From an uncultured bacterium (GTDB lineage: Bacteria > Verrucomicrobiota > Verrucomicrobiia > Verrucomicrobiales > V1-33), in NCBI GenBank assembly GCA_903954065.1, contig CAJBME010000310.1:8854-72853 (forward strand): a DNA stretch of 64,000 nt, written 5' to 3'. Below are positions 55,786-63,744 of this stretch, one piece after another (positions within the stretch are counted from its first letter, which is position 1; every line of letters starts with the position of its first letter). Under the pieces are notes generated by a model, which was not told the origin of the DNA, ran no database searches, and saw only the letters and a list, made by a program, of their open reading frames with translations. The translations under genes and the position numbers were made by a program.

Positions 55786-55814
55786 TTTAGACGCCTCAGT
55801 ATTAGTTGTGTCAA
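55786..55814 (-). promoter_or_regulatory. candidate sigma70-like promoter for the PSCyt operon
   Basis: Minus strand: TTGACA (55814-55809), 17 nt spacer, TCTAAA (55791-55786), in the 345-bp divergent intergenic region. Confidence 0.4.
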
Positions 55815-55944
55815 AATGAGAGGATCTCATCTCGCTGGTGGTAGCTGCGCACCAGCAGCCCCCCCCATGAGCCCCTTCCCCCCACCTGATTCGCGCAAGC
55901 CTCCCTCATGATGCTCCCGCTCCAACGCAAATCCCTACCAGCTC

Positions 55945-58900
55945 ATGCCTTCTACCTCCATTTGCCGCCGCGCCGCGCTTCAGGCGCCGTTGATGGCTAG
56001 TCTGGCCGCCTTGTTTGCTCTCGCTGCCTTTGCCTTCATCTCCCTCATCGCGCCAACGGCCGCCGCCTCTTCTTACAGCAGCTCGCTGGTTCATGGCATG
56101 ACGGCGACTAGCAGACGAGGCAGTGAGCCCCGCCAGATGGTGCGCCGAGGGCAGGAAATCCTCTTCTGGGCATCGGATCCTGCCCATGGCAATGCCCTAC
56201 GTCGCCTCAATCTGACTACCGGCCAGGTCAACATGGTTTGGGATTTCAACCTACCCTTCAGTCAAATCAGCAGCCAAGGCACGTTCGCTCACCTCCCGGT
56301 TGACCAAGGATGGGTGATTTTATTACGCGACGCCGTCTGGCGCACCGACGGCACGCCGGCAGGGACCAGCCGCCTACTCCAGTGGAAAACAGAAAGTGGC
56401 GGAGCTGACCGCAGCCAGATCGTCCACGACGGCATCGCTTATTTCAGCGCCGAAGACCCCGCGCACGGCCACGAACTCTGGCGCAGCGACGGCACGCCCG
56501 CAGGCACCTGGATGGTCAAAGACCTGCGCGTCGGCCCGGATAGCAGCCAGCCGGAACACTTCGCGGTCGTGGGCCGCCGGATCTTCTTCGCCGCCGGCGA
56601 CTCCGAACACGGCGTGGAACTGTGGGTCACAGACGGCACGGCCGACGGCACCCGCCTCGCCGCCGACCTCGTGCCCGGATTTTCCAGCGGCCTACCCCGC
56701 GACCTCTGCGGTCTGGGCGAAACCGTTTTCTTCGAAGCCTCAGCCGGCACTCTGGGACGCGTGCTCTGGCGCAGCGACGGCACACCCGAAGGCACCCGCG
56801 TGGTCAACGACTCCCCGACGGGCGATCCCCCGAAAACCCCCTCCACTCTGATCGCTGTCGACAACTGGGTCTATTTCACCGCTCACACCAATGCCAACGG
56901 TCGCGAATTGTGGAAAACCGACGGTACCGCCGCCGGCACTCGCCTCGTCCGCGACCTGTGGCCGGGACGCGACGGCAGTGAGCCTAGCCACCTTCAGGCC
57001 GTCAACGGCCGCGTCCTCTTTACGGCGTACTTGACCGGGGACACCAATCAACCTCGTCTCTTCACCAGCAATGGCACCTCCGCCGGCACGGTGGCCATCC
57101 AATCATCGTCCCTGCGACCGAAGTGGATCGGGCCGGGCGACGCTAATGGCGGACCGACCATGGCCGATGGGGCCGCTTGGTTTATCGCGAGCAGCGGTTC
57201 CAGCCTCCACTCCGGACTCTGGCGCACCGACGGCACCGTCGCTGGCACCCGTCAAGTGTATGCCCCTGCGCCCGCCACCTGGACAGCCTCCGTCGCGCCG
57301 ATCCTCGCTGTCGACGGCCATCTCATCCTCACCGGCTCGACGCTTGGCGATCCACCCACCAGCGGCGAAATCTGGAAATGGAACATCGAAGGCCGCACGC
57401 TTCAGCCCGTGGCTGATCTCTGTCCTGAAGGATGGGACGCGCCACCCAGCCACCCGCTTTCCACCCCACTTGGCTTCTTTTTCCGCGGTTTTTCGCCCGC
57501 CGCAGGATTCGAGCTCTGGCGCACCTTGGGCACGCCGGCCACCTCCACCCTCCTCAAAGACCTCCAGCCGGGCTCCGTCAGCGGCTTCGGTGGCTCCGAC
57601 CAAAACATCCTGAGCGTAGGCCCTGCGGGCCACGTTTATTTCCAAGGGGCGACTCCAGCCGCCGGCGCAGAACTCTGGCGCAGCGACGGCACCGCCTCCG
57701 GCACCACCCTCGTCCGCGACCTAGCCCCGGGATCAAAAGGAAGTTTTCCCTCCGGACTAACCGCCCTCGGAGACGGCCTCGTCTTCGCCGCCTCCGGAAA
57801 ATTATGGACCAGCAATGGCACCGGCGACGGTACAACGGCAATCCTGCCCATGGCTCCCAATACGGAGGAAAGCCGACCGGAATTTCTCACCCGCTTCGGT
57901 GACCGCGTCTTCTTCAGCGCCAGCGACGCGACTCACGGCACCGAAATCTGGTCGTCCGACGGCACCGCTGCGGGTACCCGCCTACTCCGCGACCTTTACA
58001 CCGGAACCGGCACCGTCTGGCCCCGCCTCTTCGGCACCGCGGGTCCCCTGCTGTTCTTCGAACAACACGGAACCGCGCGCGATTACGGACTCTACGCGAC
58101 CGACGGAACCAGCGACGGAACCCGCAGGCTCTCGGATGCCCGGCCCTTCAGCCCAGGCGATGCCGCCAGCATCGGCCCTGACTTCTACTTCGTGCACGCC
58201 CCGACTCCCGATTCCCAGTCGCTCTGGCGCTCCGACGGCACAGCGAACGGCACGCGTCAAATCACGACCCTCGCCGCCACCCGCTTACCGGAACCCGGAT
58301 GGCGCTTGACCGCCGCCGGTCCCTTCGTCTTTTTTCACCTCCGGGACATGGTGCTCGGCAACCAGCTCTGGCGCAGCGACGGCACCGGCGCCGGCACCGT
58401 GGCCGTCGTTCCCGAAACCCCGGCCTGGGACCCGATCCGCAACATCGAATTGCTCGGCAGCATCGGATCCGAAGTCTATTTCGCCGCCACCACCTACCGT
58501 CACGGCCGTGAATTATGGGTCAGCGACGGCACCGCGACCGGCACCCAGCTGGCCCTCGACCTCGGACCGGGCGAAACCTCCGGGCTGCCGCTCTGGATTG
58601 GGTGCCACGGCGACCGCCTCTTCGGCCTCTTCGCCGCCGACCCGCAGTCGGGGTCACCCAGCATACGCTCGGTGGTCCCACCAAACGCGCGCCCGGTTTT
58701 CCTCGGACTCGAAATCGACACCTGGCCGGACGTGCCGACCCAGTTCTCCGCCGAACGTCTGCGCTCATTGATCGAAGCGCCTCCCGACACCCCGCTGGAA
58801 CTAGTGCCCGCCAATCCGATCGGCACGGCCGGAGGAGGATCGTTGACGCTAGCCCTCAGCACGGCCGGTGGATCGTGGACTCTAATCGACGACCTGTTCA

Positions 58901-59238
58901 CCTACTCGCCGCCCCCGGGCCATCTCGGTAGCGACCAGTTGCCGCTAGAAATCCGGTACCCCGGTGGCCCGCCGCTCACTACCTTTATCCAAGTCACGGT
59001 GCAGCCGACACCCCCCACCCCCACTCTGGAACCCACCCTAACCCGCCGCTCGTCCGGCCCCATCGAAGTGCGCGCCTTCACTCGCCGCGGTCACCGCCAC
59101 GCCTTCGAACGCAGCCTCGACCTCACCGTCTGGACCCCTCTGGAAATCCGGGTGCCCACCACCTCGGAACCGTCGCTCTGGATCGACCCCGCCCCACCAT
59201 CACCCGCCGCTCATTACCGCTTGCGCGTCGTGCCGTGA
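55945..59238 (+). CDS. ELWxxDGT-repeat protein (beta-propeller-like) with shared C-terminal tail
   Basis: Signal region LMASLAALFALAAFAFISLIAPTAAA. About 16-17 repeats of ~48-50 aa (HGHELWRSDGTPAGTWMVKDL, HGVELWVTDGTADGTRLAADL, ...). Ends AAHYRLRVVP. Confidence 0.9.
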   Translation: MPSTSICRRAALQAPLMASLAALFALAAFAFISLIAPTAAASSYSSSLVHGMTATSRRGSEPRQMVRRGQEILFWASDPAHGNALRRLNLTTGQVNMVWDFNLPFSQISSQGTFAHLPVDQGWVILLRDAVWRTDGTPAGTSRLLQWKTESGGADRSQIVHDGIAYFSAEDPAHGHELWRSDGTPAGTWMVKDLRVGPDSSQPEHFAVVGRRIFFAAGDSEHGVELWVTDGTADGTRLAADLVPGFSSGLPRDLCGLGETVFFEASAGTLGRVLWRSDGTPEGTRVVNDSPTGDPPKTPSTLIAVDNWVYFTAHTNANGRELWKTDGTAAGTRLVRDLWPGRDGSEPSHLQAVNGRVLFTAYLTGDTNQPRLFTSNGTSAGTVAIQSSSLRPKWIGPGDANGGPTMADGAAWFIASSGSSLHSGLWRTDGTVAGTRQVYAPAPATWTASVAPILAVDGHLILTGSTLGDPPTSGEIWKWNIEGRTLQPVADLCPEGWDAPPSHPLSTPLGFFFRGFSPAAGFELWRTLGTPATSTLLKDLQPGSVSGFGGSDQNILSVGPAGHVYFQGATPAAGAELWRSDGTASGTTLVRDLAPGSKGSFPSGLTALGDGLVFAASGKLWTSNGTGDGTTAILPMAPNTEESRPEFLTRFGDRVFFSASDATHGTEIWSSDGTAAGTRLLRDLYTGTGTVWPRLFGTAGPLLFFEQHGTARDYGLYATDGTSDGTRRLSDARPFSPGDAASIGPDFYFVHAPTPDSQSLWRSDGTANGTRQITTLAATRLPEPGWRLTAAGPFVFFHLRDMVLGNQLWRSDGTGAGTVAVVPETPAWDPIRNIELLGSIGSEVYFAATTYRHGRELWVSDGTATGTQLALDLGPGETSGLPLWIGCHGDRLFGLFAADPQSGSPSIRSVVPPNARPVFLGLEIDTWPDVPTQFSAERLRSLIEAPPDTPLELVPANPIGTAGGGSLTLALSTAGGSWTLIDDLFTYSPPPGHLGSDQLPLEIRYPGGPPLTTFIQVTVQPTPPTPTLEPTLTRRSSGPIEVRAFTRRGHRHAFERSLDLTVWTPLEIRVPTTSEPSLWIDPAPPSPAAHYRLRVVP
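56150..58560 (+). repeat. coding tandem repeats (ELWxxDGTxxGT units)
   Basis: The nucleotide word ctctggcgcagcgacggcac recurs at about 56477, 56763, 57673 and 58366 (near-copies at ~57219 and ~58222), with a period of ~145 bp and divergent intervening sequence. Confidence 0.8.
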
Positions 59239-59252
59239 TCAACCCGGCTAAC

Positions 59253-60020
59253 TTACAGTGGCTTTTCCATGGCCATGAGTTCTTGTTTGAGCACTTTGCC
59301 GACACGATGTTTGGCGAGGTAGACTTGGGTCATGCTGACGCCCAGTTCGCTCATGACTTTTCCGACTCCCCAGTCTTTGATGACGTAGCAGTCGTATATT
59401 TGAAACTGTTTGGGGGAGACCTGATTTTTTGCCCGGGCGAGGGCGCGATCGAGCAGATTTTTCGCCCATTCGGCATCCCACATTTTCTCGAGGGCCCCGG
59501 GTTTGGTATCGGCGAAGCGGTCGAAGGTAGCGGTATCGCGGTCTTCGTGTCCTGCTCCGTGATGAAGGTGGGAATCTTTGCCCCGCCGCCGGAATTGGTC
59601 GTTGATGCGCCACCGGGTCAGGTTCATCAACCATGACTTGAAGCTACCCTGAGACGAATCGTATTGGTTTTTTTGCGACTGTTTGGCGATGGCGATGACC
59701 ACTTCCTGCACCGTGTCCATCGCTTCGTCCGGCCGCAGGCCGTTTTTCAGACCCACGCTGTAAATCAACCGCCAATACGTCTGGTAAAATTCGTCCCACG
59801 ACCGCTGGTCTTCCCAGTTGCCCAGCCGGTCAATCAGGCTCTTGCGCGTTTGTTGGTAGGCTGACAATAACCCCGCTTCGTCCGGCCCAGCGGCCAGTAC
59901 TTCAGACCGGAGGGCGTCAGCATCATCACCAGCAGCACCAGCAGCAGCAGCAGCAGCAGCATCAAACATGGGCCCACCATGCGCCCGACGGAGGGATTTG
60001 TCCAAGAGAGCAGCAAACAT
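59253..60020 (-). CDS. ECF-type (sigma-70 family) RNA polymerase sigma factor
   Basis: Region 2-like WDEFYQTYWRLIYSVGLKNGLRPDEAMDTVQEVVIAI. SFKSWLMNLTRWRINDQFRRR. Region 4 HTH SPKQFQIYDCYVIKDWGVGKVMSELGVSMTQVYLAKHRV. Alternative start at 59969. Confidence 0.85.
   Translation of the reverse strand: MFAALLDKSLRRAHGGPMFDAAAAAAAGAAGDDADALRSEVLAAGPDEAGLLSAYQQTRKSLIDRLGNWEDQRSWDEFYQTYWRLIYSVGLKNGLRPDEAMDTVQEVVIAIAKQSQKNQYDSSQGSFKSWLMNLTRWRINDQFRRRGKDSHLHHGAGHEDRDTATFDRFADTKPGALEKMWDAEWAKNLLDRALARAKNQVSPKQFQIYDCYVIKDWGVGKVMSELGVSMTQVYLAKHRVGKVLKQELMAMEKPL
59939..59959. repeat. trinucleotide microsatellite (CAG)7 / (GCT)7 inside the sigma factor gene
   Basis: Seven perfect CAG units on the + strand, flanked by imperfect units. 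On the coding strand they encode the poly-Ala run in MFDAAAAAAAGAAGDD. Confidence 0.9.
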
Positions 60021-60332
60021 CAGGTAAAATCAGAAAAACAAAGGACGCACTCGGCCGTGAGTACAGACGCACGCGCCGTCAGCACACAAGAAATCACGCA
60101 CACACAGGCACGCGACGTCTGTACACCCACTGGCATACGCGTCGGCCCCTCGACTTCTTTCATAAAACTTCGAGCGGGCGCCCTGCATCCCCCGGGCGCA
60201 CCGCCCGATACCGGCGCACCCGCCCGCCATGCCATTGGGCGCGACCACTCTCTCCCCACGGCCAGCCAACCTGCGAGATTCACCGCGGGCGCACTTGCGG
60301 CGCCGGACGGACTGGGCTTCGCTGACGATAGA

Positions 60333-61628
60333 ATGAAGCATGCCATCTCCACTGCCGCTCACGGCCCGTTTGGCCCCCCCATGGCCGAGGCGGTTCACGC
60401 CTGCGTGCACTGCGGCTACTGCCTGCCCGCCTGCCCGACGTATCAAGTACTAGGCCAGGAGATGGACTCGCCCCGCGGTCGTATAGTCCTGATGAAACAA
60501 GTGCTGGAAGGCACGCTCCCGGCTGCGGTAGCCCAGCCGCATCTCGATGCGTGTCTCGGCTGTTTATCATGCGAAACGGCGTGCCCCAGCGGCGTGGTCT
60601 ATCGGGACTTGATCTCTCCGTATCGCGCCCTGCAGGAACCGGCCCGCGTCCGGCCCTGGATAGAAAGGATGAAACGATTTGTCCTCCTGCAGACAGTGCC
60701 GTATCCGGCTCGCTTTCGGCTGGCCGCGCGCCTTGGACGACTGGCCGCCCCGTTCACCCGGCTGCTGCCCGCCACTTTCCGCCCGATGATGAACATGCTA
60801 CCCGCCGCGCTGCCGCCCGCCACCCGGTGGAAAGCCGTCTATCGCCCGGCAGGCCCGCCGCGGGCCCGAGTCGCGCTGCACCTCGGATGCGTGCAGCAGG
60901 CGCTCGATCCCGAAATTAATGACGCGACGATTTCGCTGCTCCTCCGACACGGGGTGGAAGTTGTCGTCCCGGCGGGGCAGGAATGCTGCGGCGCTCTGGG
61001 ATGGCACATCGGCGCGGCCGACGACGCCCGGGCCCAAGCCCGACAAAACCTCGCCGCCATTCCAGTGAGCGAGGTGGATGCCATCATCAGCAATGCCGCC
61101 GGTTGCGGCTCTGGCCTGCGGGAATATCCCTTGATTTTACGCGGAACTCAATGGGAATCAGAGGCCCGCGCGCTAGCCGCGAAAGTGCGAGACATCTGTG
61201 AATTCCTCGTCACCCTCGGCCCACTAGACCCGCCCCCGCGCCCCGCGCAGCCACTCACCATCGCCTACCAAGACGCCTGCCACCTCTCCCACGGCCAGCG
61301 CGTGCGCAGCGCCCCGCGGCAACTGCTCGAACTCATCCCAGGCACCACCCTCTGCGAGCTCCCCAACCCCGACATCTGCTGCGGCTCAGCCGGAACATAC
61401 AACATCGACCAGCCCGCCACCGCCGCCATCCTCGGTCAACGAAAAGCCTCCGCCATCGCCGCTACCCACGCCGATTTCGCCGCCAGTGGCAATATCGGAT
61501 GCCTCACCCAGCTGCGGGCCCACCTGCCAGCCAGTTTCCCACCGCATCGGCTGCTCCATACCGCCGTCCTGCTCAATCGCGCCTGGAACGGGACCCTGAC
61601 CGCCCCCACCCCTCAGCCCGTCTCCTAA
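60333..61628 (+). CDS. glcF: glycolate oxidase iron-sulfur subunit-like (Fe-S, CCG-domain) protein
   Basis: CVHCGYCLPACPTYQVLGQEMDSPRGRIVLMKQVLEG and CLGCLSCETACPSGV (two 4Fe-4S motifs). Two CCG-type Cys-rich domains (QECCG, PDICCGSAG). ATG at 60333. The track ORF from 59979 is a 5' extension through the divergent promoter region. No glcD or glcE adjacent. Confidence 0.75.
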   Translation: MKHAISTAAHGPFGPPMAEAVHACVHCGYCLPACPTYQVLGQEMDSPRGRIVLMKQVLEGTLPAAVAQPHLDACLGCLSCETACPSGVVYRDLISPYRALQEPARVRPWIERMKRFVLLQTVPYPARFRLAARLGRLAAPFTRLLPATFRPMMNMLPAALPPATRWKAVYRPAGPPRARVALHLGCVQQALDPEINDATISLLLRHGVEVVVPAGQECCGALGWHIGAADDARAQARQNLAAIPVSEVDAIISNAAGCGSGLREYPLILRGTQWESEARALAAKVRDICEFLVTLGPLDPPPRPAQPLTIAYQDACHLSHGQRVRSAPRQLLELIPGTTLCELPNPDICCGSAGTYNIDQPATAAILGQRKASAIAATHADFAASGNIGCLTQLRAHLPASFPPHRLLHTAVLLNRAWNGTLTAPTPQPVS

Positions 61629-61680
61629 CCGCCTACCGGCCTACCATCGAACGCCAACGACCCACGACGCCGGCCGCAAA

Positions 61681-61713
61681 GCGCCAAACCAGCGCCAAAC
61701 CAGCGCCAAAAAC
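61681..61713. repeat. three tandem 11-bp units upstream of the secretion ATPase gene
   Basis: gcgccaaacca / gcgccaaacca / gcgccaaaaac, about 180-215 bp upstream of the GTG at 61895. Confidence 0.85.
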
Positions 61714-61894
61714 CCAGTTTTTGCCCGTCTGAGGCCCACTTCCGGCCGCTATCCAGATAAAACAAAACTTTTTCAACGACACGTGCGGCCCCGACGTTGA
61801 CAAGGCGTCTCCCTAATCCTAATTGCCGGACCGCGTTTAGGGCTTTGCCCGAGGCCGTCCGTTCACTCAACACCACCCCCATTTTATCTCCGCC

Positions 61895-63586
61895 GTGTTT
61901 TCCAACGAAGAATACCTCATCCAATTGCTCCTGGAAGCCGGGCTGATCTCGGACACGGACATTGTCACCGCCAGGGCTGCTAAAAATAAACGGCAGACCC
62001 CGCTCGAATACATGTTGGACGACGGGATGATCAGGGAAGAAGCGCTGTCCCAAACCATGGCCGTCAATGCCGGCATGGAATTTGTCGACCTTTCCGAATT
62101 GGTGCCTACGCCGGAATTGCTCGATGCGATGCCTGGCGAAGTTGCCTCGAAATACAAAGCCGTTCCAGTCGGTCTGGATTACGGGCAAATCGTGGTCGCC
62201 GTCGCGGATCCATTGAATTTCGACGCCATGGACAGCTTGCCGCACTTGCTGAATGGCGCGTCGCTGTCGTTCGTCTGTGCGACCACCTCGCAAATCGAGC
62301 AATTTTTGACCGAGTTTTACGGCATCAAGCAGGAATCAGCCAACATGGACCTTGAGGTCGTCATGGCGGGCGATGACAGCGAGGCCCCTCCGGGTCAGGC
62401 CAAAGCGGATGCGGATGCCCCCATCATCAAATTGGTGACCAAGATCCTCGTGGAGGCGCACCAGTCCCGCTCCAGTGACATTCACATCGAGCCGATGGAG
62501 AAGTCGCTTCGAATCCGTTATCGCATTGACGGGGTCATGCAAGAAATCGACAACCATCCTAAGCATTTGCATGGCCCGGTTGTCGCCCGTCTGAAGATCA
62601 TGACTGGCAAGATGTCGATTGATGAGCGCCGCATTCCACAAGACGGTCGTATTCAAGCGCGTCTGGGCGGTAAGGACCTTGATTTGCGGGTCTCGACGGT
62701 GCCAACGAGCCACGGTGAATCGATCGTCATGCGGATTCTGGACAAATCCGGTCTGACGCTGGGTCTGGGCGACCTCGGCTTCTTGAGCGACGACCAAGCC
62801 ACTTTTGATGAATTGATCTCGCTCCCAGACGGCATCATTCTGGTCACCGGCCCCACGGGATCGGGGAAAACGACCACTCTGTACGCCTGTCTCAACGCCA
62901 TCAACAAGCCGGACCGCAAGATCATCACTGTCGAAGATCCAGTCGAATACCAGCTGGCCGGTATCAATCAGGTCAACGTCAAAGAAGACATTGGCATGAC
63001 GTTTGCCGCGGCGCTCCGCTCCATGCTGCGTCAGGCGCCCAACATCATCATGATCGGGGAAATTCGGGACTTGGAGACGGCGACCATCGCCATCAATGCC
63101 TCGCTGACCGGACACCTCGTCTTCTCCACCCTGCACACCAATGACGCTCCAAGCGCCGTGGCCCGTCTGACCGACATCGGGATCAAACCGTTTCTGACCG
63201 CCTCCGCTGTGCGCGCCATCATGGCTCAACGACTGGTGCGGAAACTCTGTAAAGAATGTAAAAAACCTGGCGTGCTCGACGAAATGGAAATTCGCGCGCT
63301 CGGCTTGACCCACGATCAAGTGCGGGACGCCACCGTCATGACCCCCGTCGGCTGCTCCAACTGCCGCCAAAACGGCTTCCGCGGACGACTGGCCATCGCC
63401 GAAATCTTCCGGATGGACGACGAAGTGCGCACCGCCATCAATGATAATATTTCCTCCGTGCAGCTGAAACGCAAAGCCCGTGAACTCGGCATGCGCAATC
63501 TGCGCGAAGACGGTATCCGCAAGGCGCTCGCCGGTATGACCACCGCCGCCGAAGTCATCGAAATCACCGTGGGCGATAGCGACTAA
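61895..63586 (+). CDS. type II secretion / type IV pilus assembly ATPase (GspE/PilB family)
   Basis: N-terminal T2SSE_N/MshEN-type domain (LIQLLLEAGLISDTDI...). Walker A GPTGSGKTTTLYA, ITVEDPVEY, Walker B IIMIGEIRD, His box GHLVFSTLHTND, tetra-Cys CKECKK...CSNCRQNGFRGR. GTG start. Confidence 0.9.
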   Translation: MFSNEEYLIQLLLEAGLISDTDIVTARAAKNKRQTPLEYMLDDGMIREEALSQTMAVNAGMEFVDLSELVPTPELLDAMPGEVASKYKAVPVGLDYGQIVVAVADPLNFDAMDSLPHLLNGASLSFVCATTSQIEQFLTEFYGIKQESANMDLEVVMAGDDSEAPPGQAKADADAPIIKLVTKILVEAHQSRSSDIHIEPMEKSLRIRYRIDGVMQEIDNHPKHLHGPVVARLKIMTGKMSIDERRIPQDGRIQARLGGKDLDLRVSTVPTSHGESIVMRILDKSGLTLGLGDLGFLSDDQATFDELISLPDGIILVTGPTGSGKTTTLYACLNAINKPDRKIITVEDPVEYQLAGINQVNVKEDIGMTFAAALRSMLRQAPNIIMIGEIRDLETATIAINASLTGHLVFSTLHTNDAPSAVARLTDIGIKPFLTASAVRAIMAQRLVRKLCKECKKPGVLDEMEIRALGLTHDQVRDATVMTPVGCSNCRQNGFRGRLAIAEIFRMDDEVRTAINDNISSVQLKRKARELGMRNLREDGIRKALAGMTTAAEVIEITVGDSD

Positions 63587-63744
63587 CCCCCTGCCCGCTG
63601 ATCCGACCCCAGCCCCCACGCATGCCCCTCGACATCATTCTCCGCACGACCACCGCGTCCAGCGACCGTCGTTGAATCATGTCCATGGCGGTTCCCTCCC
63701 GACCCCACCCCCACCCCCAGACCGTATCCAATTTCCCCTACTCC

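Noticed and set aside
59979-60332. N-terminal 118 aa of track ORF 59979..61628, overlapping the sigma factor start
   Set aside because: The GlcF-like homology starts at MKHAIS... (60333). The upstream part overlaps the divergent gene and its promoter region and looks non-coding (Arg/Ala/Pro/Thr-rich).
62336-63619. 427-aa antisense ORF opposite the GspE/PilB gene (also 61625..62302 and 63583..63936)
   Set aside because: The + strand carries complete Walker A/B, Asp/His boxes and the tetra-Cys motif. The antisense translation has no recognisable features.
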